Source: a virus (Duplodnaviria > Caudoviricetes). From it: a stretch of 50,937 nucleotides of DNA. The first letter of the stretch is position 1; every line of letters starts with the position of its first letter. The DNA lies in IMG/VR virus record IMGVR_UViG_3300036846_000860, positions 1 through 50,937 of that record. One strand, 5' to 3'. Below are positions 36,831 through 44,693 of the stretch, piece by piece. The translations under genes and the position numbers were made by a program. The notes beneath the pieces are model-generated. The model was given only the letters and a program-made list of their open reading frames with translations. It was not told the DNA's origin and made no database searches.

Positions 36831-37539
36831 ATCAGTTGTGTTGTTATCCGGCGGGCTCGATAGCTGTGTAGCACTCGCATGTGCTTACGAAGACACCGAC
36901 CCCGTCTTAGCTCTCTCTGTCTACTACGGACAGAAACATCAACGCGAGTTGAAAAGCGCTGTACAGATCTGTGAGCATTACAAACTCGACCATGAACTCG
37001 TCGATCTCTGCGACCTCGGTAACATTTTAGCCGACATGCACGCAACCGCGCTGATCGATCGGGAGGAGAAATTACCCTCCGGTCGGCGGATGTCCGAAAT
37101 GACCGCTCGCGTGCCACGCTCGTACGTTCCCGGTCGTAACACAATCCTACTGGCAATCGCACAGAGCATCGCGGAGGCACTCAATGCGGATGAGATTTAC
37201 TGTGGATTTAACGCAGTCGATTTCTCTGGATATCCAGACTGCAGACCCATCTTCGTTGAAGCCTTCAACCACCTTGCGCATTATTCGACCAAACGAGGGT
37301 ACGAGAACAATCCTATTATCCTCCGAGCTCCAGTTATCAATCTATCAAAAGCTAGTGTCGTACGCCGCGGACTTGATCTCGGGGCTCCTCTCGGCTTTAC
37401 CTGGAGCTGTTACAACGGCGGTGAACGCCCATGCGGAACCTGTGACTCCTGTATTATTCGATGGAACGCGTTTAAAGAAAATGGAGTAGACGATCCCAGC
37501 GGAGCCTACGAAGTAATCCCTCACAGGTCGGTGTTGTAA
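36820..37539 (+). CDS. queC: 7-cyano-7-deazaguanine (preQ0) synthase
   Basis: LSGGLDS, YGQKH..E, YVPGRN, GYPDCRP, TWSCY...CGTCDSC; TTG start at 36820 with GGAGG SD. Confidence 0.95.
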   Translation: MKPKSVVLLSGGLDSCVALACAYEDTDPVLALSVYYGQKHQRELKSAVQICEHYKLDHELVDLCDLGNILADMHATALIDREEKLPSGRRMSEMTARVPRSYVPGRNTILLAIAQSIAEALNADEIYCGFNAVDFSGYPDCRPIFVEAFNHLAHYSTKRGYENNPIILRAPVINLSKASVVRRGLDLGAPLGFTWSCYNGGERPCGTCDSCIIRWNAFKENGVDDPSGAYEVIPHRSVL

Positions 37540-38282
37540 TGCCGCCTAAATACGCAACGGTAGCAATCGACAGCGCTGGTGAGCTAGCTCGCTTGTTCTT
37601 CAGTAAGGATATGGGCAAGACAAGCGGTGACCTCGACAAAATCCGGGCGATGAACAACTACCCGGGTAGCACAGAACGGATGAACATGCTCGTCCGGGCA
37701 ATGAAACAAAAACGCGACTCGGGGGTGGAAATTGTCTTCACGGCGCACGAGGATATCGAGAAAGTCTACGCGAAAGGGGGGCTCGGCGATAAACAAGAAC
37801 CGATCGCTGTCAAAGGATGGCCTGACCTCCCTGGAAAACGCGCCCCAGATGAATTTTGTCGAGCTGCTGACAACGTGCTCCACGTTCGGCGGATTAATGG
37901 CGTTGCTCACTGGATCAGTAGGAGAGAACCGATCGGGACCGGTGCTGAGTATTGGGAGGTTAAAGATCGGTTCAACGGACCCGCGGTTAATTCTGGAGTT
38001 CTCCCCGCCGATTACAGTGCCGTTGCTGAAGCTGTCAAAAAAGTCAACCCTGAATTCTGGCGTCCGCCTTACATATGGATGTTGTACGGCGCATTTGGAA
38101 TAGGTAAGACCCGCTCGTTGTTAACGTTTCCTCAACCGATTTTGTTAATCAACCTCGATAAGGGGGAGAAATCATTAACCCCAACCGAGGTGAAGAAAGC
38201 ACAAATGACGATTGATAGTACAGTCGACGTCGAGGACCAGAAAGACTACAACAAGTTCGTGAGCTTGATCTCGGGGGTTTAA
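37539..38282 (+). CDS. AAA_24/Sak4-like ATPase, circularly permuted
   Basis: TVAIDS (Walker B) and IVFTAHE at the N-terminus; LYGAFGIGKT (Walker A) and LLINLDKG near the C-terminus. Confidence 0.75.
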   Translation: MPPKYATVAIDSAGELARLFFSKDMGKTSGDLDKIRAMNNYPGSTERMNMLVRAMKQKRDSGVEIVFTAHEDIEKVYAKGGLGDKQEPIAVKGWPDLPGKRAPDEFCRAADNVLHVRRINGVAHWISRREPIGTGAEYWEVKDRFNGPAVNSGVLPADYSAVAEAVKKVNPEFWRPPYIWMLYGAFGIGKTRSLLTFPQPILLINLDKGEKSLTPTEVKKAQMTIDSTVDVEDQKDYNKFVSLISGV

Positions 38283-38500
38283 TGTTACGCATCGAATTCA
38301 CCATCCATGACCAACTCTGGCCGATGATCACAATGACCTGTATTCGGGAGTCATTCATCAACGGTAAGGTTGTACAACAGGAAAAGAAACAGTACGACCT
38401 CGCGGAGGTGAAAGCACAAGAGATGTTGAACAACCACCTCCGAGTGGCAGTAAACGAGATTATCGCGCGACACAAACCAAACACCACAGTCCCGCGGTAG
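38282..38500 (+). CDS. Hypothetical protein (72 aa)
   Basis: TAATG coupling. Confidence 0.55.
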   Translation: MLRIEFTIHDQLWPMITMTCIRESFINGKVVQQEKKQYDLAEVKAQEMLNNHLRVAVNEIIARHKPNTTVPR

Positions 38501-38545
38501 TGACGCATACAACGTCAATAACTAACCAAAGGAGAAACAAACGTA

Positions 38546-38968
38546 ATGGCGATACACACTGACAATATGTCCAACGTCGCAGCACCTTCGGAGGCGGTAG
38601 ACGAAGGTTGGTACCACGTTCGAATCAGCAAGGTTGAGGAGACCTTGTCTGAATCGAGCAAGCAGCCGGTGGTTAAACTCCAACTCAAGATCCAGACCGA
38701 AGGAAACATGTTCGGTCGGACGGTACCGGACAACGCTAGCCTGCAATCCCACGCGTTGTTCAAACTCAAGGGGTATTACAAGGCGGTTGGCTACAACCCC
38801 GGCCCGGAAGGTCACGACCCGGAGAAGTTACTCGACGGGGAGTGTTACGTTTACGTCCAACACGCAACGTATCAGGGTAAACCAACAATCAACATCCCTC
38901 CGTACAGCATCCGATCGTTGAATGAAGGTGCGGGAAGGGGTACTCCTACAGCGAAAGCGGAAGAGTAA
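38546..38968 (+). CDS. Single-stranded DNA-binding protein (DUF669-like)
   Basis: EGWYHVRISKVEE..S....V.LQLKI...FGR..D...LFKLK pattern; near the Sak4-like gene. Confidence 0.75.
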   Translation: MAIHTDNMSNVAAPSEAVDEGWYHVRISKVEETLSESSKQPVVKLQLKIQTEGNMFGRTVPDNASLQSHALFKLKGYYKAVGYNPGPEGHDPEKLLDGECYVYVQHATYQGKPTINIPPYSIRSLNEGAGRGTPTAKAEE

Positions 38969-39082
38969 ATGTGGGCTCTGTTGTTGATCGTTTGTTACGG
39001 CGCGTTCGTCTATTGGTTTGAGGGGCGGCTTGACCTTAAATCGGGCGAACGCGCCCGCCTTAAACGCCACCGAGGTGAGTAA
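38969..39082 (+). CDS. Small membrane peptide (37 aa), not in ORF track
   Basis: MWALLLIVCYGAFVYWFEGRLDLKSGERARLKRHRGE; coupled at both ends. Confidence 0.5.
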   Translation: MWALLLIVCYGAFVYWFEGRLDLKSGERARLKRHRGE

Positions 39083-39438
39083 TGTATGTCATCCGAAAGC
39101 AGTTCAAGTTCAGCGCCGCTCATCATCTGGCGGGTCTGCCTGACGATCATCCTTGTTCGAGGCCTCATGGGCATAATTATACTGTTGAGGTCGTTTTAAA
39201 CAGCAAAGACCTCAACGATGTAGGGTTTGTCCGTGACTACCGCAACCTTGACATCTTAAAGAAGTTTATCGACCAAAACTGGGATCACCGTGACCTGAAT
39301 GAGGTCTTTCCCTACAACCCAACCGCCGAAAACCTCGCAGGTTGGTTGTACCAGTACTGTAAGGGGTTGTGGGTTGAAACCAACGGTGTGAGAGTGAGCG
39401 AGACCGACAAAACCTGGGCTGAGTACTGGGAGTATTAA
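39082..39438 (+). CDS. queD: 6-carboxytetrahydropterin synthase
   Basis: FSAAHHL, CSRPHGHNY, DHRDLNE, PTAENLA, VSET. Confidence 0.95.
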   Translation: MYVIRKQFKFSAAHHLAGLPDDHPCSRPHGHNYTVEVVLNSKDLNDVGFVRDYRNLDILKKFIDQNWDHRDLNEVFPYNPTAENLAGWLYQYCKGLWVETNGVRVSETDKTWAEYWEY

Positions 39439-39818
39439 TGTACAACGCTGAGTTACAGATGCTGCGGGAGTTCTTCTGGTTCCACGCGCCGAAAATTCAC
39501 TGCGTATTCTGTAAACAGCCGTTGATCGAACTCCCTCCCAAAATGACGTTCGGACATAGACGTCACCCTAAAGTCCGTGCGAAATTCACAATCCACCACG
39601 ATAACGAAGATCGCTCCGACAACCGGTTTGAAAACCTTTTTCCGGCCCACAGTGGCTGCCACCGACGCTACCACAAACAACTCTTGATGAAGGGAGGTAA
39701 ACTTTATGGCGAAGAAGATGAAGAAAGAGAAGAAAGAGAAGAAAAAGGGGAAGTACTAAATGTGGGGAATCCACAGAACCCTCAAGCTAATCCTGCATCT
39801 GGTGAGGGAGATACGTGA
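39438..39818 (+). CDS. HNH endonuclease-like protein
   Basis: CVFC...TIHHDNEDRSDNRFENL..AHSGCHRRYH. Confidence 0.75.
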   Translation: MYNAELQMLREFFWFHAPKIHCVFCKQPLIELPPKMTFGHRRHPKVRAKFTIHHDNEDRSDNRFENLFPAHSGCHRRYHKQLLMKGGKLYGEEDEEREEREEKGEVLNVGNPQNPQANPASGEGDT

Positions 39819-40200
39819 TTTACTAAAATTCCTCGCTCAGGTGAACGGTTTCACGATCGAACAGATACAAGGAGACAACAGCGTGGCGATCACAGGCGTC
39901 GGACCAGGAGCGGTGGGGACTTTCAAAGCCACACCGACAAATAACGGCAACCCAGCTTCACTCCCACCAGGTGTAGTTCCAATCTGGACTTCGAGTGACA
40001 CAACAAACGCACCGATCACGTCGGTCAGCCCGGATGGATTGACAGCTCAGGTTACGGTTGCTCCAACAGCCGCACCAGGCACTCAGTTCGTCCTGACGGT
40101 AACTGCGACGTTGCCGGACAACACTCAACCAAACGGCACGGCAACCGTTCCGATTTTGACCTTAGAGGTCAACGGTTTCGTGATTGATCAAACGTCGTAA
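39760..40200 (+). CDS. Ig-like domain protein (possible second start at GTG 39883)
   Basis: WTSSD...VSPDGLTAQVT Big_2-like pattern; internal SD AAGGAGACAACA before GTG 39883. Confidence 0.65.
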   Translation: MWGIHRTLKLILHLVREIRDLLKFLAQVNGFTIEQIQGDNSVAITGVGPGAVGTFKATPTNNGNPASLPPGVVPIWTSSDTTNAPITSVSPDGLTAQVTVAPTAAPGTQFVLTVTATLPDNTQPNGTATVPILTLEVNGFVIDQTS

Positions 40201-40210
40201 AGGAGGCGTT

Positions 40211-40918
40211 ATGCAGGAAGGGGTTCTCCCACTCGCTGAGAAATTCATCAGCGTACAGGGTGAAGGGCAATGGGTAGGAACGCTCATGTTGTTTGTTAGG
40301 TTGGCTGGATGTAATGTTGGTCGTCCAGCAGCTGCGGTGAAAGCTGAACAACACCCCTTCCCTGTTTTACCAAACGGCCGAGAGGCGATGGCGTGTACGA
40401 CATACGATGGTCGTACTTTCCCATGTGATACCGATTATTTACGTTCGTCAACAATCGCCCGGCATGAAATCGTTGACGAAGCCCGTCACGAGCGTATCGA
40501 ACACGTTTGTATTACCGGCGGCGAGCCGATGATGTATGCTGATAAACTGTTGTTACTCGCCGACGATCTCCGCCCATTCAACACAAAAATGCATATTGAG
40601 ACGAGTGGCACGATCATGCCGCCGAAGGTGTTGTCGCGCTTGATCATGCCGGATGTTTGGATTACCGTCAGTCCTAAGATCGGCGCGCTGGATGAGATGA
40701 TTAACCGTTCCGACGAGCTTAAGTTGTTAGTCGACGACAGCTTCGATATGTACAAGTTAACGCAAGCGATGCTCGACCACCGGAACGTTTTCCTCTGCCC
40801 AATCAACGGTGTTGACGAAATCACCAAACACAACGTGGAAAAGTGTTGTGAAATCCAGCGCACAATGCCTTGGTGGAGGATCTCATTCCAAGTACATAAA
40901 TTGTTCGGGTGGCGGTAG
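40211..40918 (+). CDS. queE: 7-carboxy-7-deazaguanine synthase (radical SAM)
   Basis: EKFISVQGEG, FVRLAGCN, CDTD, ITGGEP, IETSGT, WITVSPK, QVHK; AGGAGG SD before ATG 40211. Confidence 0.92.
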   Translation: MQEGVLPLAEKFISVQGEGQWVGTLMLFVRLAGCNVGRPAAAVKAEQHPFPVLPNGREAMACTTYDGRTFPCDTDYLRSSTIARHEIVDEARHERIEHVCITGGEPMMYADKLLLLADDLRPFNTKMHIETSGTIMPPKVLSRLIMPDVWITVSPKIGALDEMINRSDELKLLVDDSFDMYKLTQAMLDHRNVFLCPINGVDEITKHNVEKCCEIQRTMPWWRISFQVHKLFGWR

Positions 40919-41142
40919 TGCGAGCGCGCGTGAGGTTTTGTCCACGTGGTCACGATAGAGATGCTCCTGGCGCATCTCGCTGGTATCCCCGACGTACGTT
41001 GAAGGGCACTATAACCTACCACCGTGTGTGTCTTGAATGTCAAAAAATATTTTCACACCAACAAGCGGAGCGTAGACATGCTACTAGACTTTCGCAAACC
41101 CAAATGCGTAGTGGTAAAACACTGCGAGAGCGCGTCGGGTAA
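40909..41142 (+). CDS. Possible small Zn-ribbon protein
   Basis: CPRGH...CLEC. Confidence 0.4.
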   Translation: MAVVRARVRFCPRGHDRDAPGASRWYPRRTLKGTITYHRVCLECQKIFSHQQAERRHATRLSQTQMRSGKTLRERVG

Positions 41143-41416
41143 GTACACGTTGTTCTACGGTCATCACTACGTGAAGGGTCACACCTGTTATGACGTCGGT
41201 ACGATCAACCGACAAACGGATGAGATCATAACACGTCATTACCGAGATGAAGGAAGAGGAAATCCAAAGTCGGAGGCGTTACACATCTACCATGAATATG
41301 AACAGACACTTACGCGTAAGTCCGGACCCGAAGAACAAGACGACAACAACCCCAGAGTTGCAGACGCCTTTAGGCGGGCACTTACCCAACGTACCCAACG
41401 TAAGGGATCGGATTGA
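41078..41416 (+). CDS. Hypothetical protein
   Basis: GGAG SD before ATG 41078. Confidence 0.5.
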   Translation: MLLDFRKPKCVVVKHCESASGKYTLFYGHHYVKGHTCYDVGTINRQTDEIITRHYRDEGRGNPKSEALHIYHEYEQTLTRKSGPEEQDDNNPRVADAFRRALTQRTQRKGSD

Positions 41417-41657
41417 GGTAAACCACGTACGTTACGGAGATTATGCAAAACAATCCCGTACCGTTCGAATGTTGAAAGACGTATTGTGTGAAGGTGCAAG
41501 CTGGCATCTCACGACTTGCGCACAACGCGAAAGCCTCGATATGATCTGCAACAAAATCGGTCGTATCGTTAACGGTGACCCACGCTTGATCGACAGTTGG
41601 CTCGACATCGCTGGCTACGCTCAATTGGTCGTAGACGAACTAACAAAGGAGGAGTAG
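41247..41657 (+). CDS. DUF6378-like protein (possible nucleotide pyrophosphohydrolase; start uncertain)
   Basis: RYGDY...MICNKIGRIVNGDP..DSWLDIAGYA motif; stop overlaps the folE start. Confidence 0.7.
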   Translation: MKEEEIQSRRRYTSTMNMNRHLRVSPDPKNKTTTTPELQTPLGGHLPNVPNVRDRIEVNHVRYGDYAKQSRTVRMLKDVLCEGASWHLTTCAQRESLDMICNKIGRIVNGDPRLIDSWLDIAGYAQLVVDELTKEE

Positions 41658-42199
41658 TGAAGACCCATCTCGTTGAAAAAGGTGTAACATTAATCCTACA
41701 AGGATTGGAGGTCGACCCCAACGACCACAACTATCTTGACACCCCGGAGCGTTATGCAAGAGCACTCTACGAGATGTTCAACCCTACCGACACCGAGTGG
41801 GCCACCTTCACTGAAGAGTTCAGCGACTTTATCCTTCTGCGTGGGCACCAGTTGTTCTCACTCTGCCCTCACCATTTATTCCCCGTTAAGTTTAACGTCA
41901 GCGTGGCGTATATACCGAACGGTCACGTCCTCGGTCTTTCGAAACTCGCGCGTCTTCTCCATGAGTGTAATCGTAACCCTCTTCTCCAGGAGGGCTTTAC
42001 CAAAATGGTTGTTGATAAAGTCCACCAAGTTTGTTCGGGGGTTAAAGGAGTGGCGGTTTTTATTCAAGGCGAACACGGTTGTCTATCCATGCGAGGGGTT
42101 AAATCCGACGCCGACTTCGTCACATACCGTCTTGACGGTTTATTTAACGAGGATAAAGACCTAGAGCGGAGGTTCTTCGACCTTGTCAGAAAACGTTAA
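41657..42199 (+). CDS. folE: GTP cyclohydrolase I
   Basis: DTPERYARA, SLCPHHLFP, AYIP, GLSKLARL, LLQE, HGCLSMRG; GTG 41657 with AGGAGG SD. Confidence 0.95.
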   Translation: MKTHLVEKGVTLILQGLEVDPNDHNYLDTPERYARALYEMFNPTDTEWATFTEEFSDFILLRGHQLFSLCPHHLFPVKFNVSVAYIPNGHVLGLSKLARLLHECNRNPLLQEGFTKMVVDKVHQVCSGVKGVAVFIQGEHGCLSMRGVKSDADFVTYRLDGLFNEDKDLERRFFDLVRKR

Positions 42200-44693
42200 C
42201 GACGGGATCGTCTGGGGGGAAGGACCCTACAGCGCGAAGGTAATCATCCTCGGGCAAAACCCTGGAGAGGAGGAAATGCGTCATGCACGTCCATTCGTTG
42301 GTGGATCAGGCCGCGTATTGGATCGGGGTCTTCAGCGTGTTGGTTTGGCTCGGTCTGCTTGTTATGTTAGTAATATTTGTAAGCATTTCGTCCCGCCGGG
42401 TCAACCCCTGCCCCACTCACTTGTTCAAGCTGACCGTCACCTACTCGAACGGGAGCTGGACACACTCACCCGTGCTGAAATCATCCTCACGTTAGGGAAG
42501 GAGCCCTTCGATGCACTCACCGGACGAGATTTCAAGACCCGGCATAACAGAAAAAACGCCGAAAAAAGCAGTACTTATTGGCTTCGAGGTTGTCCTTACA
42601 AGTGGGAACGAAATGGTAAAAGCTACTGGATTGTGCCCGCTGTACATCCCAGCTTCGTTATGCGCACCGGATTTGTGGAAAGCCCGCTCTTTGAAGTTGA
42701 CCTGGAGCGGGTTGCCCGTTTCAACAACGGAGCTCGACCTCCCGACGAACACTTCAACTACCACCCCACGGATAGAGAGGTAATAGAATATGTCGACGAG
42801 TGTATCGCTGCAGGAGAGTTTGGAACTGATATTGAGACTCCAGAAGCTGCAGTTGATGATGATGAGCTTGACCCAACCTACATCACCCCCGTCGAACTCG
42901 TTGGTTTATCTGCGCGAGTTGGTGAGTCTGTGGGAGTCAGACCTGACCAATTTGATCTCATCAAGAGGTTATTTGCTGCGAGACCGGACGGTAAACGCCT
43001 GACGTGCTGGACTCATAACGGAGGTAACTTTGACTACCCCAAACTACGCGCCTGGTTCGACCTCGACGGGATCAGAAAAGCTGACACTATGCTGGGAATG
43101 CATCTCCTGTGGCCGCATCTCACCAATAAAGACGCAGCTACCTGCTTTAGTATTTTCGGCGACATTCCGTACTATAAAAACACACGGCTTATCGATCCCG
43201 GTTTTTACAACACAGTTGGCAACTGCAGAGACACGTATGGAGCATTATGGGCCGGCCGTAACATTCTGCGGGCGATGCGACAATTCCCGAGGATGGAGGA
43301 TTTGTTTTGGAATCATATGATGGGGATTGTTGATTGGATCACGGAGGTACGTGTTAAAGGCACGAACTGCGATACCGTTCAAGCTGACCGGGTCTTTTTA
43401 ACGCTGATGAAAACGCTGGAAGCGTACGAGGTTTGGTGGAATAAAAACATTCCCGCGTTTAGCTGGTCGAGTCCGAAACAGTTGATTAACTTGTTCAGTC
43501 AGATGGGAATGCCGATCTTCAAACGTAAAAGGGAGAAGAAGGATGAGGATGGGAATAAAGTCAGAACCTTCACCCCAACGTGCGACGACGAAGCGCTTGA
43601 AGAGTACGTCAAACGGGGGAACAAAACCGCGGCGCTGGTCCAAACCATGCGAGGGCTCAAGCATGCAGGCGACTTTATGTCAATTGCCAAGTCAGATGGC
43701 AGAATTCACCCTCGACTTAAAGCTCACGGTCAAGTCGGCGGTAGAATACAAGCGGTTGATGGCAATGTTCAGACAATCCCAGAGGAGCTCGCAGGGATTT
43801 ACCCGCGTGAGATCGTGGTACCGGATGATCCGTCAACGCAATCGATCGGTTGTGCGGATTACAGCCAGATCGAACTCAGGTTATATGCAATTCAATCAGG
43901 TGCTAGAAGCCTTCTTGACCGAATGGCAACGGGTGACTACATCTATGGTTTTTTCTACGAGGACATTTTCGGCAAACCGTTCTTCAAAGCCGGCCAGCCC
44001 AGAACTAAGCGCGCTATACTCCCAGAGATTCGCCCGTGGGAAATCTTAGTTGTTAAATCCTGGCCGTTGGGGTTTATTTACGGGAGGGGAATCCCCGAAC
44101 CCACCCCGGAGATGATAAAGACGTTGGGAGCGGTTGCAGCGCGTAAACGTCCTAGGGAGATACATGATAGATTCCACCGAGAAAACCCCGAGATCAAACG
44201 CTTCCACACGCAACTCGAATTCCAAGCAAGTCGAACGGGTTATCTCATATCTCCGTTCGGGCGTATACGACGCTTCCCCAACGTTAAAGGTGCGTACAAT
44301 GAGATTTTGGCATTCCCGGGACAGAGTGTCGCGGTTGACATCCTCATCCGGAACGCTCTTCGCAAACTTCCTACGCTACTTGCTCCGTTCGGGGGGAGGT
44401 TACTGTTCCCGGTGCACGATTCAGCAGTATTCCAGTTCGAGACGAAGTACGTTCGAGAGGTAGATCAGGTTGTCGCCAACGCGATGGAAGCACCTCTCCC
44501 TGAACTAGACAACTGGGCGATCCCAACAGAGCGCAAATACGGACCGAATTGGGGGAAGTTGACCAGCCTTGACAAATTCATTGAAAGAATGGACCCGCTC
44601 GCAGTTGGAGCAGTTGGAGACACTCAAACAGCTGTTAGCGGGCAGACAATTAAACCCGAAGTTGTTACCGGAGATAATATCGTGGCTTCGTAG
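42183..44693 (+). CDS. polA: Family A DNA polymerase with N-terminal family-4 UDG-like domain and 3'-5' exonuclease
   Basis: GEGPYSAKVIILGQNPGEEE..RPFVGGSG and HPSF (UDG); DIET, HNGGNFD (exonuclease); ADYSQIELR, KSWPLGFIYG, VHDS (polymerase motifs A, B, C). Confidence 0.92.
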   Translation: MSENVNDGIVWGEGPYSAKVIILGQNPGEEEMRHARPFVGGSGRVLDRGLQRVGLARSACYVSNICKHFVPPGQPLPHSLVQADRHLLERELDTLTRAEIILTLGKEPFDALTGRDFKTRHNRKNAEKSSTYWLRGCPYKWERNGKSYWIVPAVHPSFVMRTGFVESPLFEVDLERVARFNNGARPPDEHFNYHPTDREVIEYVDECIAAGEFGTDIETPEAAVDDDELDPTYITPVELVGLSARVGESVGVRPDQFDLIKRLFAARPDGKRLTCWTHNGGNFDYPKLRAWFDLDGIRKADTMLGMHLLWPHLTNKDAATCFSIFGDIPYYKNTRLIDPGFYNTVGNCRDTYGALWAGRNILRAMRQFPRMEDLFWNHMMGIVDWITEVRVKGTNCDTVQADRVFLTLMKTLEAYEVWWNKNIPAFSWSSPKQLINLFSQMGMPIFKRKREKKDEDGNKVRTFTPTCDDEALEEYVKRGNKTAALVQTMRGLKHAGDFMSIAKSDGRIHPRLKAHGQVGGRIQAVDGNVQTIPEELAGIYPREIVVPDDPSTQSIGCADYSQIELRLYAIQSGARSLLDRMATGDYIYGFFYEDIFGKPFFKAGQPRTKRAILPEIRPWEILVVKSWPLGFIYGRGIPEPTPEMIKTLGAVAARKRPREIHDRFHRENPEIKRFHTQLEFQASRTGYLISPFGRIRRFPNVKGAYNEILAFPGQSVAVDILIRNALRKLPTLLAPFGGRLLFPVHDSAVFQFETKYVREVDQVVANAMEAPLPELDNWAIPTERKYGPNWGKLTSLDKFIERMDPLAVGAVGDTQTAVSGQTIKPEVVTGDNIVAS

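Noticed and set aside
44050-44085. Temperate lifestyle inferred from PolA Leu762
   Set aside because: The association is only statistical, motif B is aberrant overall, and no integrase, repressor or partition genes were recognised.
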